Shown: positions 8,194 to 16,514 of the stretch, piece by piece | Layout of the letters: every line of letters starts with the position of its first letter | Numbering within the stretch: position 1 is the first letter of the stretch | NCBI GenBank assembly: GCA_049517415.1 | Contig: JBEKSC010000036.1 | Coordinates: 1-18,320 of the forward strand | Origin: Candidatus Bathyarchaeia archaeon | GTDB lineage: Archaea; Thermoproteota; Bathyarchaeia; 40CM-2-53-6 | Reading direction: 5' to 3' | DNA length: 18,320 bases | Made by a program: the position numbers and the translations under genes | Notes under the pieces: model-generated | What the model saw: only the letters and a program-made list of their open reading frames with translations | Databases searched by the model: none | Told to the model about the DNA's origin: nothing

Positions 8194-9090
8194 ATGGATT
8201 CGACTACGCTCGAAACACCCGTTGAGAACCTGTACCGAGAACTCGAAACATTGAAGGAAAGAAATGACGCAAGAAGAGCTAAGATCAACTTGCTCAGGGA
8301 ACAGATCGAAGAGATAGTAAAGAAACGTGACACGCTCAATTCGGAGGTTAAGCGTACATCTGAAGAGATAAGGAAAGTAAGAGAGAAACGAGATTCACTA
8401 AATGCAAAGGTAAAGGAACTCAAAGATAAGCGGGACGCGCTAAGAGTACTGGCTTCCCAGAAGCGGGAAGCCCTTTCAAAGCTTCTCGAACAGGCTAGGC
8501 GAATATCAGAGCAACTGCAAGGGAGCATGTCCGAGCTTTCAAGACAGATAAAAGGCTTAGAATGGTTCATTCAAACAAATCCGCTTTCCACGAAGGCCGA
8601 AAGGAACCTTGTGGCGAAAATCGGTGCTTTAGAAGTTGACCTAGCCAAGCACAAGGGCCTGAGGAATGTGAAAGATAAACTCTTACAATTGAGAGTTGAA
8701 GTTGGCGCGTTGAGGTTGCAAGCCCAAGCCACTCACGAAGAACTCACAAAAGTAGCGGAGGAGAGCGAGAAGATCCATGCAGCCATGCAAGAACTCGTTA
8801 AGATTTTGGTAGCGAAAAAGAAAGAAGCGGACGCGAAGCATTCGGAATACCTCGAAAAGAACCAAGAACGCCGCGATGTGGTGGCTGAGCTAAGAGCAAA
8901 CCTAGAGCGTATGGACAAGGTTCGAGCTCAGATTGGTGAAGCCAAGACCATTCCAAAGCTCAAGGCAGAGAAGCTGAAATCGAAATACAAGGAAGCAGCG
9001 AACGAGAAAGTTCGTACGGGTGGAAAGCTTTCATTCGAAGAGTTTCAGGCGCTAATGGACGACGGCGGTTCGGAAGATGACGACGAATAA
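8194..9090 (+). CDS. Uncharacterised archaeal coiled-coil protein (COG1340-like)
   Basis: Continuous heptad-rich E/K/R/L sequence, central LEWFIQTNPLS..E turn, C-terminal GGKLSFEEF motif and acidic tail. SD-like AGGTGG upstream. Confidence 0.8.
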   Translation: MDSTTLETPVENLYRELETLKERNDARRAKINLLREQIEEIVKKRDTLNSEVKRTSEEIRKVREKRDSLNAKVKELKDKRDALRVLASQKREALSKLLEQARRISEQLQGSMSELSRQIKGLEWFIQTNPLSTKAERNLVAKIGALEVDLAKHKGLRNVKDKLLQLRVEVGALRLQAQATHEELTKVAEESEKIHAAMQELVKILVAKKKEADAKHSEYLEKNQERRDVVAELRANLERMDKVRAQIGEAKTIPKLKAEKLKSKYKEAANEKVRTGGKLSFEEFQALMDDGGSEDDDE

Positions 9091-9108
9091 AGCCGGTCTT
9101 GATAGATT

Positions 9109-9882
9109 ATGCCCAGAATTGCTGTAATTGGCGGAAGCGGCCTCGAAGGATTACTTCAAGGCTCACAAACAATTCATCTGGAAACACCTTACGGATCTGC
9201 GCCACCAATAACAGTGGGTTCGATCGGTAACGAGCAAGTCGCATTCTTACCCAGGCATGGGCCGAAACATGACCTCCCGCCTCACAAAGTCAACTATAGG
9301 GCCAACCTGTCCGCGCTAAAGCACCTCCGGGTGGAACGCGTCATAGCGACAAATGCGGTCGGTGCTATGAACGCAAGCTACAACCCAGGTGACATGGCCG
9401 TCCCCGAAGACATTTTGGATATGACCAAATCACGGATTGCAACATATTTCGAGAGTGCACCGGTAACGCACATCGACGTCTCCCAACCGTATTGCCCCGA
9501 CCTCCGCAAAATCCTGATAGAATCATGCATCGGCGCGGGAGCGAAGACATGGGGCAATGCGATTCTTGCCGCAACTGAGGGGCCGCGGTATGAGACCCCA
9601 GCAGAGATCCGAATGTTGCGAATGCTAGGCGGCGACATTGTTGGAATGACCGGAGCACCCGAAGTCTTTCTGGCCCGGGAACAGGAGTTGTGTTATTCGA
9701 CGCTGTGCTTCATTTCAAACCGAGCTGCTGGAATGCAGGAGAGGTTGTCGGCTAGGGAGGTCACGGAAATCGGTAACAAAGTGATGCCTCAAGTCCTCAC
9801 CATCATACGTAAAGCCGTGGAGAACATACCTGCAGAACGAACTTGCCCGTGCGTAAAGGCGATGGACCAAGCGCGAGCGTGA
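9109..9882 (+). CDS. MTAP-family purine nucleoside phosphorylase, probably methylthioinosine/6-oxopurine specific
   Basis: IGGSG, TPYG, FLPRHG, PPHKVNYRAN, EGPRYETPAE, VGMT motifs and C-terminal CPC. The base-specificity position reads ISN. Confidence 0.9.
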   Translation: MPRIAVIGGSGLEGLLQGSQTIHLETPYGSAPPITVGSIGNEQVAFLPRHGPKHDLPPHKVNYRANLSALKHLRVERVIATNAVGAMNASYNPGDMAVPEDILDMTKSRIATYFESAPVTHIDVSQPYCPDLRKILIESCIGAGAKTWGNAILAATEGPRYETPAEIRMLRMLGGDIVGMTGAPEVFLAREQELCYSTLCFISNRAAGMQERLSAREVTEIGNKVMPQVLTIIRKAVENIPAERTCPCVKAMDQARA

Positions 9883-9886
9883 ACCC

Positions 9887-10669
9887 ATGCTACCAACCTT
9901 CCTCAAAACAATTGGCGCCTACACCATCTATGAAAAATGGCTCGGAGATCAGGTCTCCTCGGATGAAATGCCGGAACACGTTGGAATCATCCTCGATGGC
10001 AATAGAAGATGGGGCGTGGAGAAATATGGCGACAGACTTAATGGCCACCTATACGGCGCACGAACCGGCGAAGATTTCCTAGAATGGTGCCTAGATATTG
10101 GGATCAAGACAGTTACGCTTTACGTTTTCTCCACTGAGAACTTCCATAGACCAAGAGAAGAGGTCAACACCATACTCAAACTGATTGAGGACGAAGCAAG
10201 GAAACTCATTACGGACCGTCGAATCCACGAGAATAAAGTGCATGTGAAAGCGATTGGCCGCATTGAACTGCTACCTGAATCGCTAAAACGGGTTTTGAAC
10301 GAAGTGGAAAAAGTAACTGCCGCATATGACCAGCATTACCTAAACATTGCCGTCGCCTACGGTGGCCGCGCTGAAATTGTCGATGCCGCGAAACGAATCA
10401 TTGACGAGGTCAAAAGCGGCTCGTTGGATGAAGAGGCAGTGGACGAGGACATGTTTCGGAAATACTTGTACACATCACACCTTCCGAACCCCTACCCGGA
10501 GTTGATAATTCGTACTTCAGGTGAAGAGCGACTTAGCGGGTTCCTACTTTGGCAGGCCGCCTACAGCGAGTTCGTCTTCTTAGACGTCTTCTGGCCTGAA
10601 TTTCGCCGGATAGATCTACTAAGGGCTGTTCGAACATACCAGCGCCGAAGACGCCGGTATGGCAAATAG
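9887..10669 (+). CDS. uppS: cis-prenyltransferase (polyprenyl/undecaprenyl diphosphate synthase)
   Basis: HVGIILDGNRRW, FSTENF.R, YGGRAEI, IIRTSGEERLSGFLLWQ and C-terminal RRYG motifs. Confidence 0.97.
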   Translation: MLPTFLKTIGAYTIYEKWLGDQVSSDEMPEHVGIILDGNRRWGVEKYGDRLNGHLYGARTGEDFLEWCLDIGIKTVTLYVFSTENFHRPREEVNTILKLIEDEARKLITDRRIHENKVHVKAIGRIELLPESLKRVLNEVEKVTAAYDQHYLNIAVAYGGRAEIVDAAKRIIDEVKSGSLDEEAVDEDMFRKYLYTSHLPNPYPELIIRTSGEERLSGFLLWQAAYSEFVFLDVFWPEFRRIDLLRAVRTYQRRRRRYGK

Positions 10670-10733
10670 AAGCACGAAACGCGGACCCGGCGGGTATCCT
10701 CACTTATAGGCATCCAGAGGAGCCCGTAAACCA

Positions 10734-10847
10734 ATGGCTAGCTATGTGTCCGGCACTCCTTACCTTGAATTTGTCTTCCTTACCGATGATTCGAAAAGCA
10801 GCCCTATGCCAAAGTTGACACGGCCTAATCCATACAAATCATCATGA
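10734..10847 (+). CDS. Possible 37-aa small ORF upstream of smc
   Basis: ATG..TGA reads MASYVSGTPYLEFVFLTDDSKSSPMPKLTRPNPYKSS. GAGGAG at 10717-10722 and TTATA at 10704 lie upstream. No recognisable homology. Confidence 0.25.
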   Translation: MASYVSGTPYLEFVFLTDDSKSSPMPKLTRPNPYKSS

Positions 10848-10953
10848 AAGTGTAACCAAGCCTTATCTTCGCACCTTCTGAGCAGCCGATAGCCCACGAT
10901 AGTTGCTAATGTGACAAATTCCGCGCATTCCCTGCGGCGAGCATGAACCAACA

Positions 10954-13900
10954 TTGGTGTATATCAAAAGAATCGACCTAAGAGGCTTCAAGACCTTCGG
11001 AAAGAAGGCGACTGTTCACCTCGACCGCGGTCTCACAATCGTAACCGGCCCGAATGGTTCTGGCAAATCGAACATCCTGGACTCGGTAAAGTTCGCCCTT
11101 GGAGAACTGAGCGCCAAAGAGCTTAGAGGCGAAACGATAGGTGATTTGATTCACAAGGGAGCGATGGCTGCAACATCCCGCTCGGCTTGGGTTGCAGTAC
11201 AATTTGACAACCAGGACAGACGAATACCGATAGATGCGGAAGCAGTCACGATCTCGCGAGAATTTCGCCGCGGGGGCGAGGGCATCTACCGCCTCAACGG
11301 AAGGAAGGTCTCCCGAAAGCAGCTCACGGACATTCTCTCCTCAGCAGATATCCAGGTCTCAGGCTACAACATCGTTCCACAGCACGCAATTACCCGGCTT
11401 GCGGAAGTAACGCCTGAGGAACGCCGGACGATAATTGAAGACATGATCGGTATCGCGGTTTACGATACTAAGAAAGCCTCGGCCCAAGTTGAACTTCAAA
11501 AAGCCGACGTGAACCTGCAAGTAGCATCCGCAAAGATTGAAGAAGTCCGGCTTCGAGTCGAATCTCTCGAAAAGGAACGCAACGACTACCTGAAGTATAA
11601 GCAGATTCAGAACGAGATCAAAGAACTCCAAGCAAAGGCAATCTCCCATAAGATCAGGAAAGCCCAGCAAGAAAGCAGCGAATTAGATCAAGACCTAAGC
11701 CAACATCAACAACAACTCCAGGACCTGAAAACTAGAAGAGACCAGATCATTCAAGAAAAAACGAAACTGGAATCAGAAAAAAGAGAATACGAGGAAACGG
11801 TAGCGGACAAAGGCAGCAGCAGGCTACTCGAAATCCAACGGAAAATGGGAGACGTCAACGCTAGCGTTGCAGGCTTACAGGCGCAGGCAAATGCCGCACA
11901 ATCGAACATCAAATCCCTTCAACAACAGAAAAGCGAACTTGAAAAGAACTGCGTCGAAATACTCCAGAAAATTAGCAATTCAAAGAATGAACTTACAGAA
12001 CTAAAGGCATCCCACGCAGAGCTCCTCAAGACAATAGAAGCAAAGCAAGCAAAAGCCGACGAATCATTCAACGCACTGACTGAACTACGGGAGAAATTGG
12101 GTGCGCGCAATAAAGAGGCCGAGGATCTGGAACGCACGATAGGGAACATAACCGCGAGAGTCGCAAGATTCACCGCACAGGTCAAAGCAAGTGCCACAAA
12201 GATTGATCTACTGAATAATCATCTGAAAACGCTACACGCACGTAAGGAAGAATATGAGAACGCCCTCCAGAACGCCACAAAGCGTGTGGACGAATTGCAG
12301 TCCGCAAGGAACCAGGAGACCGAGAGATCAACTGAGGCGGACAAGAAAGTTTCTGCATACATGAAGATCAAACAGCAACGCGCCGAAGAGACGGACAAGG
12401 CGAACGAGGTTGCGAAGCGTTCCGCTCTAGCACTCACCGAGATAGAGACACAGAAGAACGTAACAGAGGATCTAGCCTCAGACGACAAAGCCCTGTCCTT
12501 AATCGAACAGATGGCTGAGGCAGGCGCTGTGTCAGGTGTTTACGGACGACTGGTGGACCTCGTCAAAGTGAAAGACGGCTACGGCAAAGCTGCTGAAGCC
12601 GCTGCGGCGGGGTGGATGAAAGCCCTCGTTGTGAAAAACATTGAGACCGCGGTCTCATGCATCGAAGTTCTAAAGAAAACAAAAGTGGGACGCGTCAAGC
12701 TCATTCCGCTCCAAGGTCTAACCCAACCAAAGAAGGTAAATGTTCCAAAAGAAATTCGGGAAATCATAGGGCCCATCACCGACAAACTTGAATTTGCAGA
12801 ACGCGTCAGGCCAGCTGTGAACTACGTTTTCGGCGACACACTGCTAACCTCGAATCAGAAATCCGCATTCCTTGCATCCCTGAAAGGCGTTCGAGCGGTT
12901 GCACCCACGGGCGACTTGTACGAGTCAGGCGGCGCGATGGAAACAGGGTACTTCAGGCAACCACTCGACGTATCAAAATTGCTCTTGAAGGGCAAGACCA
13001 TCGATCAATTAAGGACCACACTCGCGTCTCTTGAGAACTTGGCCGTAAAGGCAAAAGAAGATATTACAAGGATTGACCAAGAAATTCTTGACCAACGCAG
13101 CAGCAAAACGAAGAGTCAAAATCTAATTAGGTCAACAGAAAGGGAAATTGCCACATTCAAAGAGAACCTTGAACGAGCCCACAAAATAGTCGGTGATACC
13201 TCCGCGCGCATCGAGCAGTTAACGCACGAAATCGGCACCGAGCAAACGGTACTCGAAGCCAGCGAATCGCAGAAGGAGAAGATAACGGCCAAGTTGGCCG
13301 AATTGGAGCAGACCCACAACTCCCTAAAGATCCGTTCACAATCCGCTTTCCTCCTCGAGAGGGAAAACGAGCACTCAAAGCTCACAAGGGAACTCGGCGA
13401 ACTCGTCCGACAGAAGATTGAAGCTGAGAGTCGAGTTGAGTCGCTGTCATCAACTGTAACAGCAATAGAACCGACTGCCGAACAATCGAAAATTCAGTCC
13501 ACTAGCATCGACGGGCAACTGGAGAAACTAGCCTCAGAACTGAGATTCGCCCAAACTGAGCTTTCAAAACATAATGAGCAATTGAAGCAGCTTGAAACAG
13601 CTAGGGATCAACTTACGGAGGAACTTGCTGGCGTTAGAGTCAAACGGGAAGATTACAATTCACACCTACGTGAAATGGATGCAGAAATAAACAAACTTCT
13701 CGACAAACTTGACCCATTGAACAACAAAAGCGCCGACCTAAGCGCTTCGTTCAAGCACACGCAAATGCAAATCGACTTCCACATGACCGAACTGAAAGAA
13801 CTGGGATACCCAGAAGCAGTGGAAGTCACTGAGGACGAAATCCGAAAGGTAGAGAGCACGCTCCCGGTCCTCAAGAAGGAGCTCGCCGGGATCGGGGGTG

Positions 13901-14505
13901 TCAACGAACTCGCCGCTTCGCAATACGAGGAAGTTAAGGAGAACTACAAACACCTGGCCACTAGAATTTACGAACTCGAAAAAGAGAAACTCTCCATAGT
14001 CCAATTCATGAACGAACTGGACCAACAGAAACTTGAAGCCTTCATGAAATCCTTCAACCAAGTCAGTGAATCCTTCAACCAAATCTTCTCAACCGTCACA
14101 AGTGGTTTCGGAAGACTCTTTCTTGAAAAACCTGAAAGCCCCTTCGAAGCTGGCGCGGACATAAGGCTGCAATTCCCTGGAAAAACTGAAATGACGATTG
14201 GAAGCGCTAGCGGTGGTGAGAAATCAGTCGCCACGGTTTGTTTCATATTGGCCCTGCAAGCCATTCATCCAATGCCTTTCTACATGTTTGATGAAATCGA
14301 CGCTCACCTGGACGTGGTTAATTCGCAGCGTCTGGCTGAATTGCTCAAATCGAAGTCGAAAGGTTCACAGTTCATCATCGTCTCACTGAAGGATGTGACC
14401 ATCTCCCGTGGAGATGCGGTTTACGGCGTCTTCATTCAGGAAGGAGTCTCTCAAGTAGTTAGCCTGCCAATGCAGGAGGTAAAGGCTGTTGGAAGAGCTA
14501 AGTAA
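10954..14505 (+). CDS. smc: Chromosome segregation protein SMC
   Basis: GFKTF, Walker A GPNGSGKS, long coiled coils, hinge (GVYGRLVDL, GRVKLIPL, GDLYESGGAMETG), signature SGGEKS, Walker B YMFDEIDAHLD. 1183 aa. Confidence 0.98.
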   Translation: MVYIKRIDLRGFKTFGKKATVHLDRGLTIVTGPNGSGKSNILDSVKFALGELSAKELRGETIGDLIHKGAMAATSRSAWVAVQFDNQDRRIPIDAEAVTISREFRRGGEGIYRLNGRKVSRKQLTDILSSADIQVSGYNIVPQHAITRLAEVTPEERRTIIEDMIGIAVYDTKKASAQVELQKADVNLQVASAKIEEVRLRVESLEKERNDYLKYKQIQNEIKELQAKAISHKIRKAQQESSELDQDLSQHQQQLQDLKTRRDQIIQEKTKLESEKREYEETVADKGSSRLLEIQRKMGDVNASVAGLQAQANAAQSNIKSLQQQKSELEKNCVEILQKISNSKNELTELKASHAELLKTIEAKQAKADESFNALTELREKLGARNKEAEDLERTIGNITARVARFTAQVKASATKIDLLNNHLKTLHARKEEYENALQNATKRVDELQSARNQETERSTEADKKVSAYMKIKQQRAEETDKANEVAKRSALALTEIETQKNVTEDLASDDKALSLIEQMAEAGAVSGVYGRLVDLVKVKDGYGKAAEAAAAGWMKALVVKNIETAVSCIEVLKKTKVGRVKLIPLQGLTQPKKVNVPKEIREIIGPITDKLEFAERVRPAVNYVFGDTLLTSNQKSAFLASLKGVRAVAPTGDLYESGGAMETGYFRQPLDVSKLLLKGKTIDQLRTTLASLENLAVKAKEDITRIDQEILDQRSSKTKSQNLIRSTEREIATFKENLERAHKIVGDTSARIEQLTHEIGTEQTVLEASESQKEKITAKLAELEQTHNSLKIRSQSAFLLERENEHSKLTRELGELVRQKIEAESRVESLSSTVTAIEPTAEQSKIQSTSIDGQLEKLASELRFAQTELSKHNEQLKQLETARDQLTEELAGVRVKREDYNSHLREMDAEINKLLDKLDPLNNKSADLSASFKHTQMQIDFHMTELKELGYPEAVEVTEDEIRKVESTLPVLKKELAGIGGVNELAASQYEEVKENYKHLATRIYELEKEKLSIVQFMNELDQQKLEAFMKSFNQVSESFNQIFSTVTSGFGRLFLEKPESPFEAGADIRLQFPGKTEMTIGSASGGEKSVATVCFILALQAIHPMPFYMFDEIDAHLDVVNSQRLAELLKSKSKGSQFIIVSLKDVTISRGDAVYGVFIQEGVSQVVSLPMQEVKAVGRAK

Positions 14506-15160
14506 GCCGTTCTGGTTGAGGCCTCCCTACCTCATCCTCTTCGACCTGTTGAGACTGCACAGGGTCAAACCTTGGGACGTCGACATAACCAACCTGCTAA
14601 ACATGTTCCTTGCTGAAATGAAGAAGAACGGCTACGTTGACTTCTCGGCATCAGGCACAGCCCTACTCTCATCTTCAATCGTCCACCGTATGAAATCCGA
14701 ACTCGTCCTGAAAATGGAAGCACCACCAAAACCCCCAGTTGCTAGACCTGACGTCGAGATTCCCCCTCCACTACCATTTCCTCTCCGGTTTGAATACACC
14801 TCCACATCGGTTGCTGAGATCCTCCGCACGCTGCAGGACGTTCTGGACAACGAAAAGGCTGTTCTCGCGAAGAAACCATTCATCCTGAGCCCCCCATCAA
14901 TCTTTGAACAAATGGATGTATTTCTGGCGAATATCGAGGAGAACATCGAGAACTTCTATGCAGAGCTCATCAAGCTCAGCATCAGGGGGTTACCGCTCTC
15001 CTTCAAAGACCTAGTAAAGGACGGAACGTTTATCGAAGCAGTTCGAATTTTCATAATGTTACTCTTCCTAGCCAATCAGAAGAAGATACTACTCACACAG
15101 GAAGAACAAGGTTCGGACCTATTCATCCGATTGGGGGAGGTGTCGCCACCAATTGCTTGA
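14489..15160 (+). CDS. scpA: Kleisin ScpA
   Basis: PWDVDITNL N-terminal motif, KSELVL, C-terminal winged helix FKDLV...FIMLLFLA.QKKI.LTQEE. Overlaps smc by 17 nt; SD GGAGGT at 14475-14480. Confidence 0.9.
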   Translation: MEELSKPFWLRPPYLILFDLLRLHRVKPWDVDITNLLNMFLAEMKKNGYVDFSASGTALLSSSIVHRMKSELVLKMEAPPKPPVARPDVEIPPPLPFPLRFEYTSTSVAEILRTLQDVLDNEKAVLAKKPFILSPPSIFEQMDVFLANIEENIENFYAELIKLSIRGLPLSFKDLVKDGTFIEAVRIFIMLLFLANQKKILLTQEEQGSDLFIRLGEVSPPIA

Positions 15161-15788
15161 AACACCCCCTGAACCCACGGAACCGCCTGAACCCACTCTG
15201 ACCGTTCCGAGAGCAAAAGCAAAGCTAGCCTTGATAGAGGCCGCCCTCTACGTTACAGGCAAACCATTGGACCTTAAGACACTCGGCTCAGTTGTTGGAT
15301 TTCGATCAGAAGACAAGGTCAAAGAACTCGCCCGAACGTTGAAGGACAAGTACGGAAAAGACGAAAGTTCGCTAGAAGTGTTAGAGCTGAGCGACGGCCG
15401 CTTTGTAATGCAACTGAAACCGCAATACGTGCGGCATGTTAAGCGGCTTGCGACACGGCAACTTCTCACCCCCGGCCCAATGAGGACGCTATCATTTATC
15501 GCCTTCAGGCAACCTGTCACTCAATCCTACCTTGCAAAGGTCAGAGGGAACCTAACCTACTCACACGTTAAGCAGCTTCGAGAAACGGGGCTCATAGCAG
15601 AAGAGAGACTGGGGCGAACGAAGGTACTCCGGACGACTCCAAACTTCTCTGATTACTTCAACCTCAGTCATGACATGCCCGCCATGAAGAAACAGCTGGA
15701 AATACTCTTTGAGAACATCAAAACGGAGAAACCGCCGCAGAAGCCCAGCCCGACACCCGGAAAAGAGAAAGTTCTAAGTCCCCAGTAG
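15153..15788 (+). CDS. scpB: Kite protein ScpB
   Basis: IEAALYVTGKPL, TLSFIAFRQPVTQ..LAKVRG and RTTPNFSDYFNL motifs. Overlaps scpA by 8 nt; SD GGAGGTG at 15136-15142. Confidence 0.95.
   Translation: MLETPPEPTEPPEPTLTVPRAKAKLALIEAALYVTGKPLDLKTLGSVVGFRSEDKVKELARTLKDKYGKDESSLEVLELSDGRFVMQLKPQYVRHVKRLATRQLLTPGPMRTLSFIAFRQPVTQSYLAKVRGNLTYSHVKQLRETGLIAEERLGRTKVLRTTPNFSDYFNLSHDMPAMKKQLEILFENIKTEKPPQKPSPTPGKEKVLSPQ
15168..15196 (+). repeat. Short in-frame tandem duplication in the ScpB N-terminus (PPEPTEPPEPT)
   Basis: CCTGAACCCAC at 15168 and 15186 (18-nt period). Confidence 0.6.
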
Positions 15789-15794
15789 AAACAA

Positions 15795-15811
15795 AATATT
15801 GATTCAATATT
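15795..15811. repeat. Perfect AT-rich inverted repeat AATATTGA-T-TCAATATT
   Basis: 8-bp arms with a 1-nt spacer, 6 nt after the scpB stop. Extendable by AACA (15790-15793) pairing with TGTT (15814-15817). Confidence 0.75.
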
Positions 15812-15829
15812 GGTGTTGAGGCGCCGCGA

Positions 15830-15994
15830 ATGGTTATGGTTGAATTTAACAAGCTGAAAGAAACTGTCGATATCTTCATCCCAAGAACTACGGAGGGTGC
15901 GTCAATAACTCTAACGATGACTGTCGACAAGGCAAAGCAACTCTACCAATTGCTCCAGAAAGCATTGAAAGAAAACGACCAACTGCCTGAATAA
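15830..15994 (+). CDS. Unannotated 54-aa protein (predicted beta strands plus C-terminal amphipathic helix)
   Basis: MVMVEFNKLKETVDIFIPRTTEGASITLTMTVDKAKQLYQLLQKALKENDQLPE. It fills the scpB-rps8e gap, with SD-like GAGG at 15818-15821. Confidence 0.7.
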   Translation: MVMVEFNKLKETVDIFIPRTTEGASITLTMTVDKAKQLYQLLQKALKENDQLPE

Positions 15995-16073
15995 CCACAA
16001 TCGTCCATAACAACGCTTAAAAGAACCGCCCCGTGCCTCTCAGTGAAATTCACCTTAGGAGTTGGAACACAAG

Positions 16074-16469
16074 ATGCCGCAATGGCACGGAGATCTTCAC
16101 AAGCGCAAGAAAACAGGCGGGAAGAAACATATGTTCCGTGGCAAACGGGCATTTGAAATGGGAAGCGACCCAGCACAGACCATTGTGGGAGAAAAAAGAG
16201 TTTCAATAAAGCGCGGCCGCGGCGGAAACCCGAAGTTCGCAGCCTTGGCTGTTAACTCAGTCAATGTGACCGACCCGTCAACTGGAAAAAGCCAGAAGAC
16301 AGAGATACGAAGCGTCGTAAAGAACCCTGCCAACGTGGATTACCAGCGCAGAGGAGTAATCACCAAAGGCGCGGTCGTTGAAACACCACTGGGACAGGCG
16401 ATCGTGACTTCCAGACCAGGCCAGCACGGCGTCGTGAACGCTGTTCTCCTGCAGGGCAGACAAGAGTAA
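16074..16469 (+). CDS. rps8e: 30S ribosomal protein S8e
   Basis: MPQWHG...KRKKTGGK, RGRGGN.K, NPAN.DY.RRGVITKG and TSRPGQHGVVNAVL motifs. ATG 16074 is preferred over TTG 16062. Confidence 0.98.
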   Translation: MPQWHGDLHKRKKTGGKKHMFRGKRAFEMGSDPAQTIVGEKRVSIKRGRGGNPKFAALAVNSVNVTDPSTGKSQKTEIRSVVKNPANVDYQRRGVITKGAVVETPLGQAIVTSRPGQHGVVNAVLLQGRQE

Positions 16470-16514
16470 GTCAACAACGCCTACCTTTTCATGTAACCCT
16501 GGGCGACGCTCTCC

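Noticed and set aside
10760..10954. 64-aa minus-strand ORF upstream of smc
   Set aside because: It abuts the smc start, leaving no promoter room, and shows no recognisable motif.
10978..14389. Numerous short antisense and alternative-frame ORFs within smc (and similarly within other genes)
   Set aside because: They fully overlap well-supported genes and show shadow-frame composition (S/F/L-rich).
10954..15788. SMC locus as a Wadjet/MksBEFG-type defence system
   Set aside because: It has a canonical SMC hinge and ScpA/ScpB, no JetD/Toprim nuclease, and a housekeeping context.
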